A DNA stretch of 64,000 nucleotides from Utricularia gibba (lineage: Eukaryota; Plantae; Magnoliophyta): assembly GCA_002189035.1 (NCBI GenBank), contig NEEC01000026.1, positions 124,001-188,000 on the forward strand, read 5' to 3'. A program made the position numbers and the translations under genes. Below, one piece after another: positions 1 through 13,101 of this stretch. How positions within the stretch are numbered: position 1 is the first letter of the stretch; each line of letters begins with the position of its first letter. A model generated the notes under the pieces. It had not been told where the DNA came from. It saw nothing but the letters and a program-made list of their open reading frames with translations, and searched no databases.

Positions 1-1252
1 GATAATACACACCATTAAATAACAATGTATAATGATGGATAACAGAAAGGAAATCAACAAAAACCTCAAACTTATCAAAATCTGCATCTTCAACTTTACA
101 ATATAAGTCATCATGCATATCTATAAATGTTTCAATAACTTATGTATATGGAAGAAAAGATCAAAGCATATCAAAAGTAGAATTCCATCTAGTGGGTAAA
201 TTATGCTTTAAAGTTTTAAATGAAATATTATTAACCTCACACAAACGTTTAAAAGCTGCTTTTTTAATACTAGAAATCTTTAACACATTAACTAACTTGC
301 GCACAGAACTAAGTAAAGTATTAATTTCAGGAATTTACAAATCATCTTGAACACACAAATTTAGAATGTGACATGCACATCTAGAATGAAATAAGGCACC
401 AGCCAACATAGGATTCATGGAATTTTTCAGAGATTTGATAGCACTTCAATTATTAGATGCATTATCAAGAGTAATAGAGAAAATGCGATCAAGTATAGCA
501 TATTCACGACATATATCAGTAATTAAAACAGCAATACGTGCACCAGTGTTAGAATGATCCCAAGGTCAAAACCCAAGAATTCTCTTTTCAATGACCCAAT
601 CAGAATTAATCCAACAAGCAGTAACAACAATATAGTTTTCACCATTTATACCACGCCAACTATCACTTGTCAAACAAAACTTGCATTTAATTGATTGAAA
701 TAGAGAGATCAAAAGTGCTTTTCGCTCATGGAATTGTTCTAAACAAATTCTAACAGCTTTTCTTTTAGAAAAAGGAACAAATTGAGGCTGCATTCTGTTT
801 GTAAAAAAAATTCATAATAAATGGATTCTCAACTTCCAAAAAAGGTTTTTCACTAGCAATTAAAGCAATCACATAATCAACTTGAGCCATATTTGAATCA
901 AATGTAAATTTGGAACTAATACTACCATTGACAACATGTAATTTTGATTGTCTAAGATTTGAAGTATCTCTATCAAGATATTTGTTCTTAATATGACGTA
1001 AAAAATTGGAAGTAGCACCACCTTACCATGCTTATACGAAATTGAAAAATACTTATAGATTACCTTATGTTTCTTCGTATCATGCACAAAGAGGTCATGC
1101 CAATCCAACGAAGATGATTTGCGCTTGTTCGAGGTCGAAAAAGCTCCTCCGACATCTCCGACACATTCATCCTCCATTTCCACAACATTGATGTCAATGT
1201 TTTCATCGTGCGGCCGTGGGACAGAAGGGTTCGATGATTCAACTATATCCAA
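1..1252 (-). pseudogene. hAT (Ac/Tam3, RICESLEEPER-like) transposase remnant, truncated by the window start
   Basis: Minus-strand translation gives hAT motifs: degenerate BED finger (GATSNFLRHIK), CLTSDSW...YIVVTACWI, ITLDNASNN, RCACHILNLCVQ, PTRWNSTFDML. In-frame stops and frameshifts are present. Confidence 0.92.
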
Positions 1253-1467
1253 AGATTATGCAGAAACAAACTAGCGAAAGCAATTGGCTTGAAAATCGCA
1301 CTAAAAATGTGTAGAAAATGATACAATTGAACTTTTTCAAACCTTAGATTTGAGATGCTCTCTTTTATTGATTAGACTTGGGCGTAATAATTGGGTTCAA
1401 GAAAAAGAAAAGTAATCAATTATTAGAGTATTCCAAAATATTTTTTACTTTAAAAAAATTGAATTAA

Positions 1468-1587
1468 ATCGACGAGTCGACTCGTACTCATGCACGTGGA
1501 CTCGACTCATACTCATTTCCACACGAGTACGAGTCACGAGTTAACTCGCCGGGTCGACGAGTTAACTCGTACTCATGCCCACCTCTA
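1468..1587 (-). mobile_element. hAT terminal inverted repeat plus subterminal repeats (5' end of the element)
   Basis: Minus strand begins TAGAGGTGGGCA (1587-1576), a typical plant hAT terminus. It is followed by clustered ACTCGTACTC/GAGTACGAGT/GTTAACTCG motifs and lies upstream of the transposase. Confidence 0.75.
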
Positions 1588-2400
1588 GTCTACGACATAT
1601 TTCGATGCTGAATTAAAGTGTGAAATGTTACTACACAACAATGTCAAATCATTCATTTCTACATTAAAGAATGCATATAATTTTCCACTCTTTACGATGT
1701 TCATTAGTGTAAAATGTTATTTTGCAACTCCATTTTCCCATAAATGAGATGAAGCCACCAAGTTTTTGATGTGTATGTGTCCAAATATTGTAAAAGTAGT
1801 CAATTTGCATTCAATGAAGGCAACATGAGCATTGATAATCCAATACAGTGATGATCAGTGTTGTTGTTTTGTTGACTTCAATTGGTTGTAGTTTGTGGAT
1901 ACCTATTTTTGGAGTGATCATTTTCATGTTTTCTATCAACATTTCATCATTTGATGACTAAGTGATAATTCATTTAAAAATGAAGATATATTGTGGAATT
2001 GAAAAAAATAAAAAAATGAGATATTATTTTTGAAAGAACATGATACAAAGAAATGCTACACATAACTTTGACCTAGAAGAAGAAGAAGATTATTTAGGAA
2101 GCAAACTTCACTCAGATCCATTTCAATAATAACCTAACTATGTACTACTCTTTTGAGTTATAAATAGTTGCTAATAGAAAACCTATAATTTTATTTTATT
2201 TGTACTTTATAAATGTTTAAAGTTTTTGCTATATTTCGGACATAATTTTAAATGTTTTATCCATTTTTAATTTATGACATTATGATATCCTTCTTCATTA
2301 TCGATGGCTAAATTTTAGAAATGTTTTAGTATACAAAGGTGTTGTGAGAGTTTAGGTCTTTTTTTATTTGCCTTTTTTCTCTACTATGCCTTGATAGACC

Positions 2401-2540
2401 TAGGGTGTGTTTGGTTCGTGGGATAAGAGGGGATAATTAAATGGTGTTGTGTTATCCAGCGTTTGGTTACGAATGATGGATTAATTATTCATTGCTATAT
2501 GAATTTTTTTATCCTATGAAAGTAGGATAAAGTAATGTTG
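2401..2540. mobile_element. Partial PIF/Harbinger (Tourist-like) MITE end
   Basis: Starts TAGGGTGTGTTTGGTT with an internal CGTTTGGTT, like Tourist termini. No partner TIR found. Confidence 0.35.
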
Positions 2541-2753
2541 GGCTATTAGGTGAGATCTTTTAATCCCACTCTAATATATCGTAAATGCCTAAAAAAACCC
2601 AATTGTCAAAAGTTTCAGTTCTTCACCACCAATGCACGTAATCACTATCATTCCTAGATTGAAGAATGTCTCAATATTCAAGCGATTGCAATTCTTCTAT
2701 CAACGTCGATTCAAAGTTATATTTAAGTTGCTTCATTAATTATTTTGTTTCTC

Positions 2754-5289
2754 TGTTAGAACGATTTTGCATCCATTTTATTTCACTTTCTCTATGTTTT
2801 TAAATGAATCTTATATATTTCATAACACTTTAATCTTTTTGGAGAGAAAAAAAAATTGTTTTTATGATTTTTTAGGATAATCTTGGATTAATTAAGAGGA
2901 AATTTGAGTCGACTTTGGTAAAGACAAAGATTGGATCTATGTAGATAAAGAATCGATCAAAAATTCCAAGATAAGATAAGATTTGTATCTTATATTAGAA
3001 GATTTTGATCTTATTCTAGGAGATTCGTACCTTATCTTACAAAATTCAGATAGAAGATTTGATACGGGCCCATAAAAAAAGTTTGAAAACTCTCAACTTC
3101 TATAAAAGGGTCTGAGTATTAAGGAGTCTAGAGTAAAGGTTTGCACCTTTGGATTCATTTCATGTAGTTTTTCATTAATTTGTGTGTGTTAGAGTGAGGC
3201 ATGTGCATGTGAGCACTTGCAGCTAAGGATTTGCAGTGAAACGTTACTTATGCAAGCCCTATGCATGTAATTGTTTTACCATGTTTTTTGACATTTAATT
3301 TGAGATTTGACTTTTTTTTTGCAACGTTTTATTTACTAAGGTGCTCTTTAGTACTATACCCTAAGAAGTGTTAGTGTATGTGTTCTAGAGACAATCAACT
3401 CATTGGCAAATCTTATCTTTTGATATTTACTTTGAATTGTGATCAAATTTATATCATTGATAAAATCCTCTACTTGATCTATGTGCTATAGAAATTATGA
3501 TGAGATCATAATGTGAGATTCTTTAAGCACTCATGATCAAGTTAAATCTCCCTGGCTAGAGTATTTGTGAAATGAGGATACCACAAATACGGATAAGCTG
3601 GCACACATTGAGTTCCCTAAACAGTTTAGGCAATGGTTCTCACAATTGATGTAATGAGATTACTAGAACCTATGTGTGGGTGTTGATTAGAGAATCGATT
3701 CACTGAATGACTCATCTTCGAGATGCTACTATGGGAAGCTAACCAAGTGTCAGTAGCAAGATCTCGAATATGACAGCCGTGCAAGTAAGCTTAGACTTGA
3801 GGTCAACAAAGTTATCTTAATCTTAAGCTCACATTTTCGCTCATTACTAATGGGAGCCTAACCATGGCTTGCCTAGTATGGATGAGTAGGGATGTGACTC
3901 CTTAAGGTTGGAGATAGTTGATTGATCAATAAAGGATTCATCACTCATGTTAGCGATGAGATCATATCTCAAGTAATTGCATCAAAGCCTAACAGTAAGT
4001 CCTGGGCCCAGGGTATTGACACTCGAATTGTTTGAGTAGGTCATTGAGTGTTAATGCTTGAATGCAATTATAAGTTAGATACATCAGAAAGACACACACC
4101 CATATTCTAGTATCGAATGAGATATAAGTATGATGAAAGCTGTTCATTGCATGATGGCTGGTCATGGAAAGGCTCAATCAGTTCACCTGATTATTCTTTA
4201 ATTTTGGGGATCATGATATGTTGCTAGACATCACTCATGATCGATAATGATAGATTTGATTAATTAAGAATTAATTAATAAATCCATTATTACGGCCTTG
4301 ATTGAGAAAGCCTATAGGGTCACACACAATAGTGGAGTCACTCATCGATATAAATTAGAATGACAAAATTACATGAGATGTAATTGGTAAAGTGGATAAT
4401 TTAAATAGAGAATTATTTTGAGATTAATATTGATTAAACTCAAAATAAAAGATCTCATATAGATATGATTTGATATGTCACAAAATATCTATCAAAAAGA
4501 TTTTGATCTTGAGATCTGCTCTAAGGTCTTCGTGCTCTCTGAGACTAATCCACAAGGAGGCGTTTTTCTCTACTAGCACCTGAGAAATTCGACCAGCATT
4601 CAAGAGCCTTGAGAAGGTTATCGACAGAGTGCTCCACGTGTGGATACCATAGAGGCCATCTGCTATTGGCGGTTTGTGAACAACGGAGTCATATGAAAGG
4701 TATTTCAAAATCCCTTTGTTTAATGCATACCGTATTCCAAGATCTGTGTTGGGGGTTTCTCAAAATTTTTAAAATTCCGTTGCTTTTGAGACATACGATG
4801 TCTACGAGAATCCTAGATTGGCCTCAAACACCTAATGAGAAGGGTTCAATTAGACATTATTGGTAAGACACACTCGATGTAATCTATCTGTGAGGTTAGA
4901 AGTGTAGTGGTTAGAATTCAGTGTAGGGAAAACATATGTTATTATAAGAGTTGAAATGACTCTGGTGGCATGATTGATTCTACAATCCTGCTAAATGGAG
5001 ATTGATGTTATAACGGTTAACGAGTAGTACTACTTTAAAATAACACTCCCAGAACTTGCACAAGCAAGTTAGTACTTAAGGTTTATATGCACAAGTATGA
5101 GCGAGTTTTAAGCAATATGGACCCTAGATCCGAAGTCACTTTTAATGTTATTTTTGAAATTGATCTTTTTTTTTGTTTTCGGTTTTTTTGAGTTACTATT
5201 TTAAAAGAAAATTCCTATAACAATTCCCTATGAATATAATTTTATTATATTATTTCAATAGTTTCTATGCAATTGTAAAATTATCATCA
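2754..5289 (+). mobile_element. Athila-like Ty3/gypsy LTR, interrupted by the Angela-like solo LTR at 3369-4837
   Basis: The 3' end (caattccctatgaatataatttt...aattatcatca) and the 5' part (atctttttggagagaaaaa) align by eye to the reverse complement of the LTR at 13102-14249. Net length is about 1.06 kb without the insert. No TSD seen; the start is approximate. Confidence 0.6.
3369..4837 (+). mobile_element. Copia Angela/BARE-like solo LTR
   Basis: Begins TGTTAGTGTATGTGTTCTAGAGACAAT (BARE-1-like start). Exact TSD AGAAG at 3364-3368 and 4838-4842. The end reads ...cctaatg where the second copy reads ...cctaaca. Long homology to 12196-14530. Confidence 0.8.
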
Positions 5290-5340
5290 CTTGGATCATT
5301 TGGTGTCTTAAGTGAGTAGAGTGAATGGAGCACAATTCAC

Positions 5341-5600
5341 ACATTGCTGCAACCATGTATTGGGTTTCATGTTTCAATTTTTTATTGACTGACTTCATGT
5401 TTCTTTTTTATGGCTATTGTATTCACTTGTATATATTCCTACATTGCTACAACCACGTATTTGAGTTTCATGTTTCACTTTTTATGTATTGATTTCATGT
5501 TTCATTTTTTGATTATTTTTTTCATGCTGATATACGCCTACATTGCCTCAAACATCGCTTTTTGAAAAAAATGTTTCATGTTTCATTTTTAAGTTATTTC
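5341..5600. repeat. About 100-bp tandem repeat, roughly 2.6 copies, with an internal TTCATGTTTC motif
   Basis: ACATTGC recurs at 5341, 5441 and 5540. TTCATGTTTC recurs several times. Confidence 0.75.
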
Positions 5601-6671
5601 ATTGATTTGTATGTATGGTGATAGCATCGATCAATCTAGTTTTCATAGTGCTGTAATGGACATTCAGTGGAGAAAATATTTGTTTTTGATGCTTTCGATC
5701 GAGTTCTTAAGGCCACGTTTGTTAGGTGGGTATCAATTAAAATAGTTTAGATTATAATGTTTTAATCAATCCCATGAATAATGGTGTAATGGGATGCATG
5801 TGTTTGGTTAGATAGGTTGCAATTATATGAGATTAGCCATTTGATATGATTGTTAAAAATGATGGGTATCTTTTAGCAAATATTATAAATTATCTAATAT
5901 ATTCTCACTATATTTAACATATTACAAGAATGCTCTAACACCTCATATAAAAATGGTAATTCGTGGATTGGGGATTTTGAAACGCTAGATATGCACAAAT
6001 GCCTTGCGATGTTGAAGATCTCTAGCAGAATTAATTGATGTAGTAAATCTAATCGACCGACCAATTGGCCGCTAGGTGATGCATTAGGCAGATGCATTCA
6101 ACTAATATCTAAGACATTTGTTTTATTTGCCATGTTTATGGCGTGTAATTGTGTTTGTGGCATGCATTTTATTAAGAAACCAATTTTTATCCCATTGTAA
6201 TAGATGACAATTGTGACCCTTTTGTTATCATAATGTTATGGTCTATTTGATGGCTTATTCATTGATTGACTGCGTGTGTTGCAGCAATGGTTGGAGCGGG
6301 CTTTCCAATAGTGAAACGCACATGCATAAGAAGTGGTGATAACAAATAAGATCAATAGAAAATGGAATCTTGATGAAGAATGGTTTTTGATCCAAACACT
6401 TAAGGATATCATTGAAGCTAAGTGGAAAGCATTAAATAGATTTAAGGGCAACTATTTTTAGGCTCTTTAGGAGGCTTTCCTCAAACTTTGTCCTGGCTCA
6501 AACATTAGAGCTCTCCACACATCCTATTGAAGATATATAAATGGAAAAAGAAGTTACAATACCCTAATTAACTTTCTCAACAAGTCGGGTATTGGCTTTG
6601 ATAACTTCACAAACATGGTGGATTCTAGTGAAGATCTATGGGTGGAGTTCGAACAGGTATTGTTATTCTAA

Positions 6672-6905
6672 TGTTTATGAGCATAACCATAAGTATTTCT
6701 AAAATCTTTGGTTCCTGCAAAATCTGAGTCAACGAAACCATACAAATCCTTGCTGCTCTTCTTGTAGTATAAGTCATAAGAAGATGTTCCAACAATGTAT
6801 CTCATAACCCTTTTCGCACACTGCAAGTGATTTTCCATCGGCTGGTGCATAAACCTAGAGAGAAAGCTGGTTACAAACATGATGTTTGGCCTAGTGTTGG
6901 TGAGG
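6672..6905 (-). pseudogene. Copia RT/RNase H junction fragment, inverted relative to 7894-8128
   Basis: Peptide LSRFMHQPMENHLQCAKRVMRYIVGT...GFVDSDFAG is a Copia RT C-terminus plus the xDSDFAG RNase H motif. Confidence 0.88.
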
Positions 6906-7039
6906 GCACAAGATTTTGGTTGTTATTAGACATATATCACGAGACAGTATAAGATCAAATAGGAACCTCACTACAAAGAACATGGTCATTTACTGACATA
7001 CATGGATATGCGAACCTTGCCATTGTATCCTTAGAACCG

Positions 7040-8260
7040 CAAACTGTCCCATTGGAAAAGGGGCATGGAAGAAGAGCTCAAGATGATTCAGAAACATACC
7101 ACCTGGATTCTGGTTGATCCTCCGCCTACAGCCCACATCATTGGACTAAAATGGGTCACTACCAATGCTTATGGAACTCTACAAAGGTATAAGGCAAGAT
7201 TAGTAGTCAAAGGCTACTCCCAAGAGCATGGTTTTGACTACTATGACACCTTTGCCCTTGTTACTAGATTTGATACCATTAGACTCTTACTTGCTATAGC
7301 TGCACAAGAGAATTGGAGAGTCCATCAAATGGATGTCAAGTTGGCATTTTTAAATGGAGACTTTTAGGAAAAAATCTACTACAAGCAACCACCTTGATTT
7401 GAATTCCTAAGAAACAAGGTATGTCTCTTATTAAAAGCCTTATATGGTCTGAAGCAAGCTCCTAGAGCTTGATATGAACATCTAGAAAAGGGTCTACTAG
7501 ATTTTGAATTTAAAGCATAAACGATGCAGCACTATTCGTCTATTTGGAGGATAACAAGGCAACCTTGATCACAATTATTTATGTTGATGACATTATGATT
7601 ACAAGAGAGAATGTCTCTCATATTAACAAATTCAAGAGTTTTTTGAAAGGCACATTTTAGATGTTAGACCTTGTGCTAATGCATCAATTTTTGGGCATGG
7701 AAGTTGAGCAGCTACAAATTGGAATTTTTCTCTCACAGATGAAATTCTCTACAAATATGCTAAGGAAGTTTGTATATTGAGAATGTTCTGCTATCAACTC
7801 CCCTATACTACAAAATTACAAATCAGTTTTTGCAAAGGAAGGGAAGGCTGTTGATTTAACACTTTGCAGATCAATTGTTGGGTCATTGATGTTCCTCACC
7901 AACACTAGGCCACACACCATGCTTGTAACCAGCCTTCTCTCTAGGTTTATGCACCAGTCGATGGAAAATCAATTAAAGTGTGCAAAAAGGGTTTTGAGAT
8001 ACATTGTTGGAACATCTTCTTATGGCTTATACTACAAGAAGAGCAGCAATGATTTGTATAGTTTCGTTGACTCAAATTTTGCAAGAACCAAGGACTTTCA
8101 GAAGTATTTATTGTTATGTGTTCAAACTTGCATCAGCTGGTATATGTTGGAACTAAAAAAGTAGGTGGATATTGCACAATCCACTGCCAAAGTAGAGTAT
8201 GTGGCTGCATCTCTTGCTGTCCACCTATTCTTGGTCTCATGGAAATGGTTGCTAATCAAA
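7040..8260 (+). pseudogene. Copia reverse transcriptase-RNase H remnant
   Basis: MEEELKMIQKHTTWILV...YKARLVVKGYSQEHGFDY.DTFA...HQMDVK.AFLNG, ALYGLKQAPRA, IYVDDI, AQSTAKVEYVAAS. Multiple stops and frameshifts. Confidence 0.93.
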
Positions 8261-8459
8261 CACAATTGGAGTGTGTTGCCATTTTTACACTGCATTCAAT
8301 CTCTATGTCCGTATCATGACGGTGATGGTTATTTTATGATAATATGCAAACGTTCGTGATGATTATGTATTGCCTTATTTAAGATAATATTAGGAATAAC
8401 CGAACTTTGATTTTATTTTAAATGAACATACACATTTTCTTCAATCATGTATGGTCAAG

Positions 8460-10095
8460 ACACTACGAATGTGCTACTATAGTGGCTCAATTAATAGCAC
8501 AATTGCACTACATATGCAGACTTTGAACGTTTTAGGCATCACAAATTCGGCTTTGCAGTGCCTAGAATAGATGCACTTATAAAGGCCATGTGCATAACAC
8601 TTATAACATTTACTTTTTAGTGTTGTAAGGTTAGAAAATGGGTAATATTATGTCATGAAATTAGAACTTTATTAAACATTTCAGTATTTTTATGATTAAT
8701 AGTGCTATTCTACATATTTTACTCCATATTAGGACTAATTTAGTCTCAACCTTTGATTTAATTATTTTCCTTAGAGCAATGCAATACATTCTCAGCAATC
8801 CAAATTCCAAGGAGGTGAAAGGGCACAGCGAAGATGCCAAAAAAATAGTGACAAAAGGAAGGGGAGAGTGCACAAAATCCAATAAGATAAAAAGAAGGTT
8901 TTTAGGCAAAAGAAGGGAATGGAGAGAGAAAAAAAGATCTAGAGAGCCTCAAGATCACACAAGGGGATATAAGAAGAGGGGGTTCAGGAAGAAAAATTAC
9001 AAAAGAACAAATAGGAAGAAGATGAACACAAGAAATCAACTCTTTTTTTTTTTGGAGATTTCTTCTATTTAGGAACACTACTCCTGACCATGAGTGGATT
9101 GCAATAATTTAGCATTCTATGTGGAAATTTTTTACATTTTCCTACTGCTATTTATTTTCTCTTAATCAAATTGTGACTTGAATATATTGTAGATGATCTT
9201 TTATTTATTACTTTTATTTGTCTGCTACATGTGTAGCTAAGCACCAAATCGTGCCTTGAGACCAAAGGGGACTAGCATGTTCATTCTTCATTAAGCATAC
9301 TAACCATATAATCATACTAATTTCTTAATAAACCAGGGTAGATGAATGATGTTTGGATGGAATGAGATAAGGATAGTCATAAGCATGCTATTCCTAAAAG
9401 GCTCAAAGCATCTCATTGTTTTTTTTCTTAGTTAGAACCTTGATTTATTGGTTTATTGCTTTCCTACATTTTATCCTATACTTGCATTAGTCCTAGCTTA
9501 GACTTAATATTAATCGTGACAAAAAAGAGAATGTATTAGACCTTCACATGACAAGTACAAAGCTCCTTGTGTCCGACCCTAATCTATTATGCTCATATTT
9601 ATTTTATGATTGATTATGAATTAGGCTTATAAATTTATTTGGTAGGGAAATCACATTTATATGATGACGTGTAATTTCATGTTTATGAAACAACCATCCT
9701 TCCCTCCCATACCTACATTGAAATATTGGCTATACTGCAATGCTTCCATGAGGCATGAGTCCAAGTGTTCTAGGCATTGTAAATTCTTCTTTGCGATGCC
9801 TAGAATAAGTGCACTTATGAAGGTTATGTGTATAGCACCCAGCCTTCTCTCCCATATCTATATTGACCTATTGGCGACATTGCAATGCCTGCATGAGGCG
9901 TGAGTCCAAGTGTTGCAGGCACTACAAATTCTCACTTATGGTGCCTTGAATAGGTGTATTTATGAAGACTGTGTGTAGCACCCATCCTTCTCTCTCATAT
10001 ATATAGTGGCATATTGGCTATAGTGCAATGCCTTCATGAGGCATGAGTTGAAGTGTTTTAGGTGCTGCAAATTCTGCTTTCGATGCTTGCAACAC
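8460..10095. repeat. About 144-bp tandem repeat array (about 1 copy at 8460-8600 and about 2.7 copies at 9694-10095) split by a solo LTR
   Basis: CCTTC unit starts at 9698, 9843 and 9986. The block aagtgttytaggca...aaattc...tgcctagaata.gtgcacttat also occurs at about 8525-8600, left of the LTR. Confidence 0.8.
8601..9688 (+). mobile_element. Athila-like solo LTR (family B)
   Basis: Degenerate termini TTATAAC...TTTATGA (for TGATAAC...TTTATCA). TSD AACAC/AACAA (4/5). Homologous to 14555-15709 and to the reverse complement of 21663-22891. The flanks rejoin into an intact 144-bp repeat unit. Confidence 0.75.
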
Positions 10096-10559
10096 ATCAA
10101 AATAGTTCAATGAAGTGAATAACAAAGAAGTGTGCATTGATCTATGAAAAATTATGAAATATCATACAAGTACTTTGTAATACTCCCATAGAGGATGTTC
10201 AACATCCAATGGAGGTCGTCTAATGTGTCCATCCTTCATGAAGCTCGGCACATCACTCGCCTCTAGTAGACGTCAAAGGAATGTGTATATTTCTTCACTC
10301 TCACCTAATGCAACATCACCCGTGTACTTGTATGGTGTTGGGAAGACAACATTTTCATGTTGTTGCACAAGTGAGATATAGAAGTATATATATTAGAGTT
10401 TTTAATTTCATTGTTACCAATTGAGCCTTTTTTCGCAACAAACATATCCCTACCAACTAAGTGTACAAAAGGAAACAATTGCATATACAAAACAACATTT
10501 TCCCATATAAGACTATCCTAAAAACACAATAAAATAGAGTTATCACGCTATCCTACAAT

Positions 10560-12195
10560 GACTCTAGACTTTTCCACAATCTCTCAACTCACGAATGTCC
10601 TTCTAGTAGTAACAATCTCCACTTTTCACAGGTGTTTTCCCTGCCCCAACAGATGCAGAACCGTCCTGAGTGTTGGGAAAGGGCTGCTCCATAAGGTTTC
10701 CATCACCTGTGCTCAATAAAAATATGATCTTGCCTTTGGAAAGTCGAATCATGCCAATGTTGGTGAGGAAAGGCAAGTCAATGGGGAGATGAGGGGGTCC
10801 AACATGCAAGTTAGCATTTTCTAAGACATCAGGGCCAAATTCCTTCAAAGCAAGATAAGAAATCCAATTTCCAAATCTTAAGGTTAGGGCATGATTCCTA
10901 TTTCCTATTTCCTTTTTCATCAAAGAAGCAAGTAATGCATCAACATTTAAAGGTCTTTTCATCATTAAACTCCATAAAATAAATGTTTCATTTTTAAACA
11001 AAGAGTTGAAAGCATATTGATGCTAGAAAAAGGAAGCATGAAGAAGCACATGAATAATCCTCCACACCGGGTCTACTATCCGATTGGCCTTGGTCCTTTT
11101 TTGCTCAAAAACAACCCCACATTACATAGTCAATTGCGCATACACCTTATGCTCATAAAAATATTCAGCACCAGGAAAATCAAACATTGAGGTTTGAAAA
11201 GCCATGGAATTCAATTCTTGCTTAGAGATACATCCTAAGACTCCATTCCAATCAACTAGAGACTATGCAAACCATTTTCCAAACAATTGAAACCGAATAA
11301 TTCTAGGGGAAATTATGGTTTCAAGCACATCATATACAAAAGTGGTGAAAAATTCATAACACAATTCAACACAAGTAGAGAGATTGTTCTAAAAAACCTT
11401 AACGGTGTACCTACCAACCTGTTCTCGACCTCTTGTTCGACACATAGGGCTTGAAGAGTGTCAGAATTTACATAGAGCTCCGGTTTCAACCCTGCTCCAA
11501 AAAGAATGCCCAACTTCTCCTTATTGGCTCTGCAGCTGAAATGAAGATATTCTATGAAGATTTCAGTATCTTCTTTACTTAAAAATGTGTGCCCTTATCT
11601 TTTCATTCTCCTCGAGCAGTCCTCTAGATCTGCCATGGTGATATCCTTGTCTGCAAACATGGTAGATCAACCATTTTTTTTACCTCTTTCCTACTTCCTC
11701 TGTTTAGTTCTTGCCCCCTTCTGCATTGTTCCTTTCATTTCCTTCCCAAGCCTTTTTCTTTTGTTCCTTAGTGGTCCTCCTCAATTGTTCCTTGCGAACA
11801 GTGGAGTTCTGCTCCTTGTCAGGTTCAGGGTTTACTAGGGTAGGTGTAGGTTCCTCTTCCATAGGATTCTTGTTGTTGTGTTCCGCTACTGCCTTCTTCT
11901 TGTTGACTGCATTCTCTTCCTTCCACTGTTTGGCAGCAATACTATCTTCCACTGGTCTTTACATTCGTGTGTTGTAAATCCTATGGGTCACACATTGCCT
12001 TTCACTACTTCTCTTGCTAATCATAGGTCTCACCACAGTATTCCTTCGTGGAGCAATGGTTTGTAGGCAATAGGGCAAGGGATGGCTATAGTGAGGGAAA
12101 AATCAATAGAATCTACAAGATCTAAAATTGGAGGGATGTTCGGCATAGGAGTGCATTGGCGCGGTGGTGGAGCAACAAAAATAGAGGGCTGCTGG
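10560..12195 (-). pseudogene. Athila extra ('env-like'/ORF1-type) ORF, C-terminal part; the N-terminal part is at about 15720-16075
   Basis: Peptides TKANRIVDPVWRIIHVLL and ETFILWSLMMKRPLNVDALLASL...FGNWISYLA resemble Athila ORF1/plant-transposon-protein domains. The reading is disrupted, and the ORF is split by the 12196-15719 insertion. Confidence 0.6.
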
Positions 12196-13101
12196 TGTTA
12201 GTGTATATGGTCTACAGACAATCAACTTATTGGCAAATGTTATCTTTTGATATTTATTTTTAATTAAATTTATATCACTGATAAAATCATCTACTTGGGT
12301 ATGATGTAGAAATTATGATAAATTATAATGTGAGATTCTTCAAGTATTTATGTTCAAGTTAAAAATTCTCTAGGTAAAGTATTTATGAAATGAGGATATT
12401 GCAAATATGGATAAGCTGTCACATATTGAGTTCCCTAAATTGTTTAGGCAATGGTTCTCACAATTGATATAATGAGATTACTATAACCAATGTGTGGGTG
12501 TCGATTATAGAATCGATTCATTGGATGACTAGTCCTTAAGATACTATTATGGGAAGCTAACCAAGTATTAGTAGTAAGATTTCGAATATGACAGTTGTGC
12601 AACTAAGTTTAGACTTGGGTCAACAAAGTTATCTTAATCTTAAGCTTGCATTTTCACACATTACTAATGAGAGTCTAAATATGGTTGCCTAATATGGAGA
12701 TAGTTAATTGATCAATAAAGGATTCATCACTCATGTTAGCTAGGAGATCTTTATCTCAAGTGATTGCATCAAGCCTAACAGTAAGTCCTGAGCTCAGGGT
12801 AATCACATTCGAAGTGTTTGAGTAGGCCATTGAGTGCTAGTGTTTAAATGCAATTATAAGTTCGATACATCAGAAAGACACACACTCATGTTCTAGTATC
12901 GAATGAGATATAAGTATGATGAAAGCTGTTCATTGCATGGTGGCTGGTTATGGAAAGACTCAATCAGTTCACCTGATTATTCTTACATCTTGGGGATCAT
13001 GATATGTTGCTAGACATCACTCATGATTGATAATGATGGATTTAATTAATTAAGAGTTAATTAATTAATCCATTATTACGACCTTGATTGAAGAAGTCTA
13101 T

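Noticed and set aside
8692-9072. 126-aa Lys/Arg-rich ORF and similar short ORFs at 22357-22707 and 39083-39304
   Set aside because: These are translations of purine-rich LTR sequence or of T-tracts read on the opposite strand, with no domain resemblance.
8460-10095. CRISPR-like array
   Set aside because: The whole units are homologous with no unique spacers, the context is eukaryotic, and no cas genes are present.
10560-12195. True retroviral envelope gene
   Set aside because: The ORF is decayed. Athila extra ORFs are well known, and an envelope function is unproven; no fusion-protein features were seen.
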